NCBI GenBank assembly: GCA_951406725.2
Contig: OX597836.1
Coordinates: 42,718,001-42,782,000, forward strand
DNA length: 64,000 nt
From: Octopus vulgaris
Taxonomy: Eukaryota
Reading direction: 5' to 3'
Under the pieces are notes generated by a model. The model saw nothing but the letters and a program-made list of their open reading frames with translations, was not told the origin of the DNA and did not search any database. This document shows, piece after piece, positions 11,001 through 25,498 of the stretch (its first letter is position 1; the number at the start of each line of letters is the position of its first letter). Made by a program: the position numbers and the translations under genes.

Positions 11001-11318
11001 GACCAGATGGCTGCTTTGGAGAATCTTCTAGAAGAATTACGTCAGATCAATAAACTTAGTGTTAATATGGAACAAAAAATGCAATATTCAAGTGCCATTG
11101 CTAAGTACCAAGGACTGAAAATGCATCTTCTTAAAAAATTTGACTACCGTAACAAAAGAACTGGCCTCCTTATAGATTCGCTTCCTGTAATTTGTGACAT
11201 CTGCCAAGACTACAAACGTTATGTAAATTGCTCTCAGGAGAATTATATTTTTAAGTTGTGTGGATTGAGATCACATATAAAGAACTTTGATCTTCAAGAA
11301 TTAAGTTTACAAAGTTAA
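11001..11318 (+). CDS. Coding exon D of the TPR-like protein (3' boundary uncertain)
   Basis: atttttctAG acceptor. Phase 0 matches exon C. Encodes DQMAALENLLEELRQINKLSVNMEQKMQYSSAIAKYQGLK.. Either runs to the stop at 11318 or splices at 11217 or 11222 (GTTATG / GTAAAT). Confidence 0.75.
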   Translation, partial: DQMAALENLLEELRQINKLSVNMEQKMQYSSAIAKYQGLKMHLLKKFDYRNKRTGLLIDSLPVICDICQDYKRYVNCSQENYIFKLCGLRSHIKNFDLQELSLQS

Positions 11319-11451
11319 ATGATTATTTCACTAACATTGTTCGGCAATTTTCCATGGAAACGGTTTATTGGTAAGATAAGATGAAAGGGAAATGATGAAT
11401 CAGATGAGACTAAATTCCTTATTCTATTATATTCTAATAAACTTATTTGTT

Positions 11452-11840
11452 CTCTTTACTCCTTTTACTCTTTTACTTGTTTCAGTCATTTGACTGTGGC
11501 CATGCTGGAACACTGCCTTTAGTCGAGCATATCAACCCCAGGACTTTTGCCGAACCGCTATGTTATGGGGATGTAAACACACCAGCATCGGTTGTAAAGC
11601 GATGTTGGGGGGGACAAACACAGACATACAAACATACACACACACACACACACACAAATACACACACACATATATATACATATATACAACGGGCTTCTTT
11701 CAGTTTCCATCTACCACAAGGTTTTGGTTGGCACAAGGCTGTAGTAGAAGACACTTGCTCAAGGTGCCATGCAGTGGGACTGAACCCTGAACCATGTGGT
11801 TCGTAAGCAAGTTACTTACCACACAGCCACTCCTGCGCCT
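11452..11840 (-). mobile_element. SINE family A copy with internal deletions
   Basis: Similarity to family A. Confidence 0.85.
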
Positions 11841-12281
11841 ATAGGATAAGTGCCAGACTTAAAAGATAAACAAGTACTACGGCCAATTTCTTTGACTGAA
11901 AACCTTGAAGGAAGTGCCCCAATATGGCCACAGTCTAATGACTGAAACAAGTAAAAGATACAACATAGAAGACAGCTTTATTTGTAGAGAGGGGACACCT
12001 AACACTAACTAACACACCCTTTCAGCTGTATTGGGTTCTCCTTTTTTATAATTACCTTTATTTTCCTACTGTTTCTTTGCCCTCACCATCACATTCTCAG
12101 TCACTGTTGTGCTCCTCTGTACTCCAACACCCTCCAAGCTACACTTCACTTTGCCTTACTAATGTGCCTACTCCCGTTCATGTTTCTTGTCTGTACGCCT
12201 ACCTCCCTCCGTACTGCTTGCAACAACTTCTCCAGTACTTCTCTCTATTATTAGCCCCGCCCCTTTTTTTAAATAAAAAGT

Positions 12282-12642
12282 ACTTCACCATCCGAGCGTG
12301 ATTGTTGCCAGAGTGGCTGTCTGGCCTCCGTGCCGGTGGCACGTAATAGACATCATTCGAGTGTGATTGTTACCAGCATCACTTCACTGGCACCTGTGCC
12401 GGTGGCATGTGTAAAAGATTCGAGCGAGGTCGTTGCCAGTACCGCCTGACTAGACCCATGCCAGTGGCAAGCAAAAGCACCCACTACACCCTTGGAGTGG
12501 TTGGCGTAAGGAAGGGCATCGAGCTGTAGAAACTCTGCCAGACCAAGATTGAAGCCTGGTGCAGCCATCTGGTTCGCCAGCCCTCAGTCATTCGTCCAAC
12601 CCATGCTAGCATGGAAAGCGGACGTTAAACGATTCTGATGAT
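12282..12642 (+). mobile_element. (GAT)n-tailed SINE-like element, 5' truncated
   Basis: TGGTTGGCGTAAGGAAGGGCATC..CCAACCCATGCTAGCATGGAAAGCGGACGTTAAACGAT. Reverse complement of 1410-1660. Confidence 0.8.
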
Positions 12643-12959
12643 GAGGATTCCCTTGACACACTCACCCCTTCATCTTCTGAAAGAAAATGCCAAGAATTTG
12701 TTGCACAAGGATGTTCAGGTATTTAAATGTGTGCTAGTTGGTACTATCTGTGCTCTTATGTTTATGACTAATACTATCTCAGAATTGAACTTTCTTGTAT
12801 ATAATATGCATTATTATATTAATCATTCACTGATCATTTGAAACAGCTGTAAAGACAAGATCTTCATGTATCATTTATAAATCGTATTTGCAATTTTTAA
12901 TATTAATACATCTGTTATTGTTGGTCTATCATTCTTCAATATGTATGTATGCATATGTG

Positions 12960-13013
<54 letters not shown>

Positions 13014-13100
13014 CATGTCTGTCTGTCTATCTATCTATCTATCTACATGTCTGTCTGTCGTTCTGTCTATCTATCTACCTGTCTGGCTGTATGTATGTAT

Positions 13101-13152
<52 letters not shown>

Positions 13153-13255
13153 AATACACAAACACTTCTTTATGTTATAATTTCTATTCATATTCTGTGA
13201 ATTGTATGAGTCACAGAAAATAAAGTAGGAGAAAAACCAATCTACCTTTCCTTAG

Positions 13256-13386
13256 AGATTTATGGGCCAAAGTTGTACAGTGGTGTTACCACTATGAGTG
13301 AGTGGGGGAAGTTTGCTATTGGTTTCCCAGAACCCTTTCAGGTTACCAACAGGATCAACGATACTCTTTCTTTTTTCTCAGCTTGC
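13256..13386 (+). CDS. Possible further exon of the TPR-like gene
   Basis: acctttccttAG acceptor followed by non-repetitive sequence with one open frame (IYGPKLYSGVTTMSEWGKFAIGFPEPFQ..). Donor and frame are ambiguous. Confidence 0.3.
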
Positions 13387-13427
13387 GTACATACATACAT
13401 AAACATACAAACATACATACATATATG

Positions 13428-13528
13428 TGGTACCTTGGGCAAGTGTCTTCTGCTATACCCTCGGGCCGATCAAAGCCTTGTGAGTGGATTTGGTAGACGG
13501 AAACTGAAAGAAGCCTGTTGTATATATG

Positions 13529-13559
<31 letters not shown>

Positions 13560-13765
13560 ATGTTTGTGTGTCTGTGTTTGTCCCCCAACATCGTTTGACA
13601 ACCGATGCTGGTGTGTTTACGTCCCCATAACTTAGCAGTTCGGCAAAAGAAACCGATGGAATAAGTACTAGGCTTACAAAGAATAAGTCTTGGGGTCGAT
13701 TCGCTCGACTGAAGGCGGCTGCTTCAGCATGGCCACAGTCAGATGACTGAAACAAGTAAAAGAGC
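13428..13765 (+). mobile_element. SINE family A, head-truncated
   Basis: Similarity to family A. Confidence 0.85.
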
Positions 13766-13781
13766 GTATATAACATATATA

Positions 13782-14293
13782 CCGTAAATCCTCGAGTATA
13801 TTCTGCTCCTGAGTATAATTCGCAGGGGATTTTTAGGGGACTGAACCTCTGAAAAACCTAAACCTTGTGTATAATACGCACCCCTTCTCTAACTTGAGTC
13901 AAGGGGGTCTATATAATGTCCTTGGTTTGTAAAAATGTATACAGTAACGTCCTATATTATTATTGTATATATAACATAATGCAAACGTGTAGCTTTTTTG
14001 TGCATTTTGTTTGCAGAAAATAAAGAAATAACAGTAATAACGTTTAATAAATGTTGCTTACTGCAAGTTATGGATGATTCTTTTATGACTTCATTACTTT
14101 CAGGCTTAGCTTAAGGTATTTTCGCCCCCGACATCACAAAATGAGTCTGAATAAAAATTGCCGGACAGCAAATAGAGACTCGGACATTGCTTAGAAAATA
14201 TTTTTCATTTTTAACCTCGTATACAGTACGTACTAGGGATTTTGACCTTTAAATTTTTGGGAAAAAATGCGGATTATACTCGAGGATTTACGG
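13782..14293. mobile_element. Tc1/mariner-type MITE with CCGTA ends and TA TSD
   Basis: TA|CCGTAAATCCTCGAGTATA ... TATACTCGAGGATTTACGG|TA. An extra copy of the right end lies at 14436-14480. Confidence 0.85.
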
Positions 14294-14606
14294 TATGAAA
14301 AAAAGTGTAGTTAAAAATTAAGTAGAAATATCCATACAAAATATCAGTATTGCCTGAGCAAAATTTTAGGTCCAATGAACTTGTATGATGTCATCCCGGT
14401 ACTTTTGAGCTTCTGTGCTACTGCTGCATTGTAATTAAATTTTGGGGAAAAATGCGGATTGTACTCGAGGATTTACGGTACTTATCAGATGTGAATGTAC
14501 AATCAAATATCAAGGAAAGAGATGACATTATGTGGAACTTACAGCTCTTGTACTCTGACTGTGAATTCTCATTTGTACCTACCATCATAGGTACATTCGG
14601 TTACGT

Positions 14607-14821
14607 CTTTTACTCTTTTACTTGTTTCAGGCACTTGACTGCGGCCATGCCAGAGCACCGCCTTTAGTCGAGCAAATCGACCCCGGGACTTATTCTTTGT
14701 AAGCCTAGTACTTATTCTATCGGTTATCTTTTGCCGAACCGCTAAGTTACGGGGGACGTAAACACACCAGCATCGATTGTCAAGCGATGTTGGGGGGACA
14801 AACACAGACACACAAACGTAT

Positions 14822-14873
<52 letters not shown>

Positions 14874-14932
14874 TTTACTCTTTACTCTTTAACTTGTTTC
14901 AGTCATTTGACTGCGGCCATGCTGGAGCACCG

Positions 14933-14969
<37 letters not shown>

Positions 14970-15136
14970 CATACGTGGGCTTCTTTCAGTTTCCGTCTAC
15001 CAAATCCACTCACAAGGCTTTGGTCGGCCCGAGGCTATAGCAAAAGACACTTGCCCAAGGTGCAATGTAGTGGGACTGAACCCGGAACCATGCGGTTGGT
15101 AAGCAAGCTACGTACCACACAGCCACTCCTACGCCT
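14607..15136 (-). mobile_element. SINE family A with a second tail fragment inside its (TA)n
   Basis: Full-length copy. Duplicate tail at 14871-14936. Confidence 0.85.
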
Positions 15137-15472
15137 ATGTACCAACAAATTTGCCCCAAAACCTAGAAATAATCGGTTTCCCGGGAAATAAAGCAAAAGA
15201 AACTGATACGGATTCTCCAAATCCAATCTATTAGTGGCACAGTGGAGATTTGTAAGACATTCCAAAAGTTCTGCATGTAAGATTCTTATGTGAACAGAAG
15301 CACACACTTAGGTGTATGCACGGACAGTTAAGCCAACACACGAATTCAACCACATATTTACAAACACCACGAACTCCCTTAACTCAAAAAGTTTTGTTGC
15401 TTTGTCAGTAACCAGCTTAAATTCTCTCAAGAACAACATGAATTAAACGCAAAGAAAAATTATACATACATA

Positions 15473-15782
15473 ATATTATTATTATGGTTGCCCCCTCGTT
15501 ATCGAGTATGGCCATTGCACGAAGCTTAACTGTTACTGGTGCTGTGATCGAATGTGACCTTTTAGCCCAGCTAAAGATCTAGAATATCTTGTACAGAATT
15601 GGCAGCTAAAACCTTTTACTAGTAATAGCCGGCTGTAGTTCTAACTGGGCTTTATGTACCTTTGCACGTCGTTTAAGTCCTCCCACTGAATCACACTCCC
15701 TTCCACATGCCCGACAGATATGATTAGTATGGTGTGTAACACCACCACCAGTGGCCAGGTTGTCACTCATCTGTCTCGCTTT
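15473..15782 (-). mobile_element. 3' end of an RTE-like LINE with C2H2-type fingers
   Basis: HICRACGRECDSVGGLKRRAKVH and ..QFCTRYSRSLAGLKGHIRSQH, then a short 3' UTR hairpin and a (TAA)n tail. Confidence 0.6.
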
Positions 15783-15864
15783 ATGACTACATACATAATA
15801 TGCATACATACATATATATACACGCACATACATACATAGATACATACATACACACATACACTAA

Positions 15865-16169
15865 TCTTTATATATAAAATTGAAGTTGTGTGTGTGAGAC
15901 TCTGTCTACTCCGATTTAGATTCCTAACTACTCCCACATTTTGTGGTGCAGTTTAACCAAAACCGGGTATCTTATAGTAGTCTTTCATATCGAGCCCTTC
16001 TGGATATTAGCGCGCGTCTACGATGAGTCTACGATTAAAAAAAAAATTACCATCATTTTTCTGCATTTTTAATGATTTTTGCTCGGGTTATATAAGGGAA
16101 GTAACTCTCTAAAATGCTTATATAGTTATTTCCCTTACAAACCCGAGCAACGCCGGGCGATACTGCTAG
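15865..16169 (+). mobile_element. Non-autonomous Helitron
   Basis: A|TC 5' end, subterminal hairpin CCCGAGCAACGCCGGG, CTAG|T 3' end. Second copy at 62431-62826. Confidence 0.85.
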
Positions 16170-17020
16170 TATATATATACATACACACATACAAACATGC
16201 ATAATTACACACACAAGCAAATCTACCCATCTACGACGGAGGCATAAAATGAGGGAGGGGAGTCATAACCGCGGTATGTATCGAGAAATGTGTAAATGGA
16301 CTTTGATAGATTATTGGGTGATGTCTTAGAAGAATCACATTATTGTTGGTGATACAGCATTCTGTTGCAGCTATAAGTAACATGTGTTTGCGACGAAATG
16401 ACTTGTGATGACGATTCACTCCCGAACTGAAATAGGACCCCAGCTTCTGTATCACGAATGGTTATGTGGACCACTCCTAACGAAAGCCAGACCTTCCTTC
16501 GACCACCACATAAAATGTATTAAGAAAAAAAATGTTATTTAGATATACTTTTATTTTAGTTGTTTACACTATTTTAATGCTTGATTATACTCTTATACAT
16601 TCAAAGTCCACAAATTTCTTTATTTAAATTATGAATCTTTTCGATAATGTCAACATGATTACAAAACTTCTTTGTAGACGATATTTTCTGTTTATTCGAC
16701 ACTAATATTCTGGAGTCTGTTGCTCTACTCATAGCGACGTATAACTGGCCGTGTGTAAACATCGGAGTGGGTCAAAATACACCTACACGATCTAGAGTCT
16801 GGTCCTGTGCTTTGTTTGCAGTGAATGCGCGAGCGGAATCTTTCGGGTTGCCAAAAATCAAACTAAAACTTACCTCTCACTGTTCTATTCGAATAATGTA
16901 TGGATGTTCTAGTGCCTTGCGTTATTTTGATTGACAAGACAGAGATGTAAGCAACAGCCGCTTCGGTTAGTTGTTTCGAATCCTGCTCGAGACTGACACA
17001 CTTCAATAACCACAAAATAA

Positions 17021-17246
17021 ATTTCTTTACTGCCCACAAGGGGCTAAACACTAAGGGGACAAACAAGGACAGACGAACGGATTAAGTCGATTATATCGAC
17101 TCCCAGTGCAAAACTGGTACTTTATTTATTGAACCCGAAAGGATGAAAAGCAAAGTCAACCTCGGCGGAATTTGAACTCAGAGCGTAACGGCAGACGAAA
17201 TACGGTTACGCATTTCGCCCGGCGTGCTAACGCTTCTGCCAGCTCG
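17021..17246 (-). mobile_element. SINE family D
   Basis: Reverse complement of GCTGGCAGAA.CGTTAGCACGCCGGGCGAAATGC..GAGTTCAAATTCCGCCGAGGTCGACTTTGCCTTTCATCCTTTCGGG..GTAAAGAAAT. Confidence 0.85.
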
Positions 17247-18028
17247 CAAAATAATCACACACACTATATACTGACACACACTTTTTCCATTTTATTTTCG
17301 CTATTAGCCCTCCTCGCGACCCTCTTCGTATCTACGATGGGGCTTCGAACAATACGATAAAAATCCAGAGTTACTCGTGGTCGGTGAATTTTTGATAAAA
17401 ATGCGAAGGTGGTTTATCGATTCAAAAATCGATATTCACGAAATAATCATTCTTTCTGATTTTTTTAATGCTAACAACCTTCCTAACGACCGTCTTTGTA
17501 ATCTCGAAAAATATCGTAACCAATTGGTCCGGCCGTCTGGCCATGGAAAGGGAATAGACATAATGCCCTTTAATATATAGTAAGACAGAAAACCTGCCCA
17601 TCAACGATGGGAAACAAAGGAATAGTATCACAAATCTAAACCTAAATTCACGAACTATTTCACGGGTGGTGGAGAAGAAATCCAAAGTTAATCCTCGTCG
17701 CTGAGATTTTAACAAAAAAAATCAAAGGTGATTTATTAATACAAAACTCAATATCCACGAAATAATCATACTTTTTCACATTTTTTTTCGTTAAAACCCT
17801 TCTTGATTACCTCCTTCGTAATCCTGAAAAACATCGTGACCATTGGTCCAGCTGTTTGACCGTGAAGAGGGGACAGACAGACGGACATTATAGTAAAATT
17901 CAAACATAGGCATATACATACATGCATACATAGGGAGAGTTTACGAAAAAAAACAAACCAAAAGACGAAGACAGGTGGTGTAGAAAACAAACAGATGTAT
18001 TAGTATAACGCTCGGGAATTGAAAAAGT

Positions 18029-18064
18029 CTTTTACGTTTCGAGCCTACGCTCTTCTACAGAAAG
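18029..18064 (-). ncRNA. Minimal hammerhead-like motif (core CUGUAGA) in repeat 17930-18125
   Basis: Minus strand reads CTTT-CTGTAGA-A-GAGC GTAG GCTC-GAAAC-GTA-AAAG. Stem I is CTTT/AAAG and stem II is GAGC/GCTC. One core substitution. Confidence 0.55.
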
Positions 18065-19087
18065 GGACACAGAAAAAACAAGGAGAGAAAGACATGTGTT
18101 GCGGTTAACGATCTATCATGGCGACTGAACATACACACATACATACATACATACATACATGTTAACCTGTGCAGCATGCATATGGAGGGCCACGTAGACA
18201 AATACTTGTACGCTCTTATATACACGCGCGCGCACACACACAACACACACACAACGCGCACACACAAACACACGCACGCACATAGAATCGCAAACACTTA
18301 TGTGCATGAAAATACCCACACCCACACCCACACACATCAACACATACATGCATACGTACGTACATACATACATACATACATACATTTGTACATACTCACT
18401 CACACAGACACGCACACATGACACACACACAACTACTTGTGCGTGCACACATAGCCACCCATAAACTTATACAAGCACTCACTCACACACACACACACAC
18501 ACACACACATGTACATACAGAAACCTGCACACTTATACATTGTAGGCATACTTCTATTTCGACATCCTGTTCCATCTCCGTAAGTATTAGGACCACAAAT
18601 TAAGTGATGTTGAGCATTCAATTGGCTTTTTACCATTGGCGTCTACTGGAAGCGAAGTCAACAACATCGTGCAACCCAAACACTTTAACAGAATATCTCT
18701 GGCTCTCTCCTCCTCAAAGAAATAAATAAATAAACAATACCGCAGTCACTAGCCTTCGACAATAGCCACTTATGCAGTATATATATGATGTCTTTTATAT
18801 AAGTGGCTATTTGAATTAGATACTGCTTCAATTGCATATACTAGAAAGGAATCTAAATTTTAGGAGGAACCGGTTCGGAAATCTGGTCACAAAAGCAATT
18901 TTAGACAAAACTGAAGTCATTCAATAAGAAAATGGAATATTAGCAAAATACACAGGAACTGTGAAAACCATAATACCAGAAAATACTTGTAATGGGAATA
19001 TTTCCATACTGATAATCACCCTGTGTAACACGATGCTTTTCCTTTGCTAGCAACTGGTATTTCAGACTGGCTTACCCACAAATGTGT

Positions 19088-19409
19088 GAAGGCGCGTGGC
19101 TTAGTGGTTAGGGCATTCGGCTCACGATTGTAAGGTCGTGAGTTTGATTCCCGGCGACGCGTTGTGTCCTAGAGCAAGACACTTTATTTCACGTTGCTCC
19201 AGTCCACTCAGCTGGCAAAAATGAGTTGTACCTGTATTTCAAAGGGCCAGTCTTGTCACACTCTGTGTCACACTGAACCACCCTCGAGAACTACGTTAGG
19301 GGTACACGTGTCTGTGGAGTGGTCAGCCACTTACACATTAATTTCACGAGCAGGCTGTTCCGTTGATCATATCAGCTGGGACCCTCGTCGTCGTAACCGA
19401 CGGAGTGCT
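19088..19409 (+). mobile_element. Mosaic SINE: family C-type head and middle plus family B 3' half
   Basis: ..CAGTCCACTCAGCTGGCAAAAATGAGT|TGTACCTGTATTTCAAAGGGCC..GTAACCGACGGAGTGCTT. Second copy at 39326-39643 (-). Confidence 0.8.
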
Positions 19410-19749
19410 TCTTTAGACCCAAAAATGTATGGAAAATGGCTAATATTGCCTTCAAACTTTGCTTTTCTTATATTCATTCAAACCCCAAAGAATCTCTCTC
19501 AACATATCGTTATGATACTCTCCTACAACTCCAGCTTATCATCAGAGACGTACATATTGTCAGCCGCTAAGGGACATGCTTGAGTGGTTAAGGTCAAGCA
19601 ACTGACATGCAAATCTGTGGTTTTGAGCAGAATATTTACTATAATGATATTTCTGCTTCAGCAACTCAGCGCTGCATCTTTCTGAAATGTAATGGTAAAA
19701 TAGGTCAGTTTGAAAACATTCACTGATACTAAGTGCTTAAAAGTTAATG

Positions 19750-20086
19750 TACATGGCTGTGTGGTAAGAAGTTTACTTCCTGAACACAGAGTTCTGAGTT
19801 CAATGGAAACTTGGGCAAGTGTCTTCTTCTATAGTCCCAGATTGCCCAAAGACTTGTGAGAGGATTTAATAGACGGAAACTGAAACTCATTGTGTATGTG
19901 TGTGTGTGTGTTTGTGCGTGTGTGTGTCTTTGTATTTGTCCCCCACCCACCAATATTTGACAAGCAATGATGGTTTGTTAACATATCTGTAATCCAGTGG
20001 GAGACTTAAAAAGTTCTGGGGTCTATTTGTTCGACTACAACCCTTCAGCATCCCCACAGTCAAATGATTGAAACAAGTAAAAGATA
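19750..20086 (+). mobile_element. SINE family A, diverged copy
   Basis: Recognisable head, middle and tail. Confidence 0.7.
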
Positions 20087-20146
20087 ATAAGGAGATGAAA
20101 AATATGATACATTGATTACATCTAAAAGCAAAAATAAATAAAAATA

Positions 20147-20652
20147 AATGTTCCTTCTCGAGCCATGCCAGGTTTATAAGGGCCGGTTTCCCGGTTTCAG
20201 TGGCGTAGAAATTTCTCACCTGGACGGGACGCCAGTCCGTCGCAGGATTACTCATTTTTGTCAGCTGAGTGGACTGGAGCAACGGGAATTGAAGTGTTTT
20301 GCTCAAGAACACAACGAGTCGCCTGGTCCAGGAATCGAAACCTCAATCTTACGATCATGAAGTTGACACCCTAACCACTAAGCCACGCGCCTCCACTAAA
20401 TAAATGCGCCTTTTCAAAGACTAGCCAGGCTCATGGGTCCGGTTTCCCGGTTTCTATGGCGTATGTGTTCCCCACCTGGACGGGACACCAGTCCATCGCA
20501 GCGTTACTCATTTTTGCCAGCTGAGTGGACTGGAGCAACGTGAAATGAAGTGTTCTGCTCAAGAACACATCGCATCGCACGGTCCAGGAATCGAAACCAC
20601 AACCTCACGATCATGAGTTCAAAACTCTAACCACTGAGCCACGCGCCTCCAC
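20147..20652 (-). mobile_element. Two head-to-tail SINE family C copies (20147-20396, 20399-20652)
   Basis: Each ends on the + strand in CTAACCACT.AGCCACGCGCCTCCAC, the tRNA-like head on the - strand. Confidence 0.85.
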
Positions 20653-20939
20653 AAAAGCAAAAATGCTTCCCATTTATTCATTTTTGGTGACTCTAGCTGT
20701 GACAAATAAAAACAGTAATCAGATGGTATCCAATGATCATCAGATGGTATCCAATGACGTTTCGACCCTATTTGAGGATCAGCAGTGATGATCTGTTCAT
20801 ATATATATTTAAATGGTAAACTTCTGGAAAGTTTTAAAGATTTTTACGGTTCCAGTGATGGCTTGGATCTGTATTCTTTGAATCGGCTTTTTCTTTTCTG
20901 GTTTTGAGAAGCCTAATTTCTCAAAATTAGTACTCAGGC

Positions 20940-20942
<3 letters not shown>

Positions 20943-21008
<66 letters not shown>

Positions 21009-21415
21009 ATGTATGTATGTATGTATGTATGTATGTATGTATGTATGTATGCATGTATGTATGTATGTATGTATGTATGTATGTATGTATGTATGTATGT
21101 ATGTATGTATGTATGTATGCATGCATGTATGCATGTATGTATGTATGTATGTATGTATGTATGTATGCATGTATGTATGTATGTATGTATGTATGTATGT
21201 ATGTATGCATGCATGCATGCATGCATGTATGTATGTATGTATGTATGTATGTATGTATGTATGTATGTATGTATGTATGTATGTATGCATGCATGTATGT
21301 ATGTATGTATGTATGCATGTATGTATGTATGTATGTATGCATGTATGTGTGTATGTATGTATGTGTGTTTTGTGTGTGTGTGTTTTGTGTGCATGTGTGT
21401 GCGTGCGATGTGTGT
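20943..21415. repeat. (TG)n + (TATG)n microsatellite
   Basis: Read directly from the sequence. Confidence 0.95.
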
Positions 21416-21979
21416 GTTCCTGTTGTAGATTCTGTTTGTGAGTGAAGTGAATATGTACAACATTATTCTTGTCTATAAATAAACGAAATATTCAAGTGGA
21501 AGAACTTGACAAGTGTAACAAAAAGAACTTTTTATCGTAATATCAAATGACAGGGATGAAGGGGAGGGAGAATGAGGGGTGGGGAGAGGGAGAGAGGGAA
21601 GAAGTGTTGAAGATAAGTGAGTGAGAACGAGATTAAGAGAGATGTTGAGAAGTGGAGAGAGAGAGAGAGAAAGTGACAAAGAAAACAGAGAAAAAGAAAA
21701 AGAGAGAAAAAGTGAGAAGGAGAGAGTAAAGGAGACTAAGTGAGATGCTTAGAAGTGAAGGGAGAGAAAAAGAGGGAGAGAAGGGGAGAGAGCAAGGGAG
21801 AGAATAATGAATTTAGAAAGGGAGAGAGAAAGAGTAATGAATAGGGAGATGAAGAGAGGTAGAAATGGAGAGAAAGTGTGACAGGGGGATAGACAGAGAG
21901 ACAGATGGGTTTAGATATACATATATGTGTATATATGTGTATGTGTGTGTGTTTGCACACACATACATACACACATATT

Positions 21980-23755
<1,776 letters not shown>

Positions 23756-23766
23756 AGGACGTGACA

Positions 23767-23813
<47 letters not shown>

Positions 23814-24699
23814 ACAGGTAATCACGAGTTAAAGATGGTGTATAGTAGACATATGTATGTATGTATGTACGTGTGTATGTGTGTGTAACTGTGTGTATCA
23901 GTATTTTTTTGCGATGGACAATAGAAAAGCCACCTACCCCACTTCTTAAAGCTACGTATACCTCACACCTACCTTTCTCTCCCTTCCTCGGCGTTTTAAG
24001 AGTTACTTGTGTATGTGCATGTGTGTGTGTGCGTATGTGTGTGTGTGTATGTATGCATGTATCTATGTATTTACAAAAGTATGTACGCAGCGTCGTGTGT
24101 ATATCTCTGAATGACAGCTGTATTAACGTTATCATCCCACTGTCATTCCATTTTTGTCGCTTACACAACGCTGTCTCCCCTTCCCTGATATCAGCCACAT
24201 TTACTACGCCACCGCATTTCCCTCACACTAACACTCTTACATCCTTCTCATTCTATCAAATAATAGCCCAAACCTCCTAAGAGACCCATTATTGACTTTT
24301 ATTGAAATCTAATTAGCCTATAATTGAACTGGATGTTAGTTTGATATGTATGTAAAGTTTTGTTAAGATTGGTTCGCTGGTGTAGGCCGCAAGACGGTAA
24401 CAGACTGATCGACAGACAGAAATTGCCATCTATGTATATATGTGAGTGTGTGTGTGTTTGTGTGGGTGTCTTTGTCAGTGTTTGAACCCCACCTCCGCTT
24501 GACAACCGGTGCTATTGTGTTTACGCCCCTCCCCCGTAACTTGGCGATTCGGCAAAACAAAACTGATACAGTAGGTACCAGGCTTAACAAAGAAAAAATT
24601 CCTGGGGCCCGATTCGTTCGACTGAATCATTTTTCAAGGTGGTGCTCCAATATGGCCGCAGACTGAAACAAATAAAAGATAAGAGAATGAGAGGGAATG

Positions 24700-24808
24700 G
24701 CAGAAAGAGAGAACAGAGAGTGAGAGAGAGAGAAAATGAGAGAGAGAGAAAGAGGGAGAGAGAGAAAGACAGAGAGAGAGAGAAATAGGGAGAGAGAGAA
24801 AGACAGAG

Positions 24809-24839
<31 letters not shown>

Positions 24840-24990
24840 AAGAGAGAGAGAGAGAAAGAGAGAGAGAGAAAAAGAGGAAGAGAGAGAGAAAGAGGGAGGG
24901 GATAAAGAGAGAGAGAGAGAGAGAAAAAGAGAGAGAGAAATAGGGAGAGAGAGAGAAAGAGAAAAAGAGGGAGAGAGAAAAGGGGAGGGG
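24700..24990. repeat. (AG)n-rich purine tract
   Basis: Read directly from the sequence. Confidence 0.9.
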
Positions 24991-25283
24991 GAGTTCTTAA
25001 TGAAATGGTCTTTCCACAACCAAACTGATTACATACTCATACTATCACCGATGCATACAATTACACACCACACACTTGCTTACACACATACTCACACGCA
25101 CACATACTTTACATATATACACGCATGCATTCACCCGCACGTACAGACGTGTGTACCTACACATGAGTGTGTTTTAAACATGTTCGGTCATACACAAAAT
25201 GCATATCAAAATGTGACCTCGTGTGTACCGTTGGCGATTTTTTTCTCTCTGTCTTCCCTTCTCTGGATCTTTCCTTCTCCTAT

Positions 25284-25318
25284 GTTTCCGACGAAGAGCT
25301 CCGCTCGAAACGTTAAAC
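25284..25318 (+). ncRNA. Minimal hammerhead-like motif (core CCGACGA)
   Basis: GTTT-CCGACGA-A-GAGC TCC GCTC-GAAAC-GTT-AAAC. Stem I is GTTT/AAAC. One core substitution (U to C). The host repeat ends at (TA)n 25420. Confidence 0.55.
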
Positions 25319-25417
25319 CCCCTTCTTTCCTTCTTTCCTGAGCGTCCAATAATACTATATTTGTTCCACGTCCTTGCGTTGTTGTGTTTTTTTGTGCTTT
25401 CTTGTTTGGATTAACTT

Positions 25418-25419
<2 letters not shown>

Positions 25420-25498
<79 letters not shown>

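Noticed and set aside
12684-12718. Possible 35-nt micro-exon (AAG|...CAG|GTATTT)
   Set aside because: Weak acceptor next to a retroelement tail and all three frames open. Cannot be supported without RNA data.
16868-17020. Possible minus-strand exon ending at AG|GTAAGT
   Set aside because: No acceptor (it runs into a SINE), no partner exons and no recognisable peptide.
20720-20795. GAAACGTC and CTGATGA/CTGCTGA on the minus strand as a hammerhead
   Set aside because: Stems I and II do not pair convincingly in either topology, and a local 22-bp duplication confounds it.
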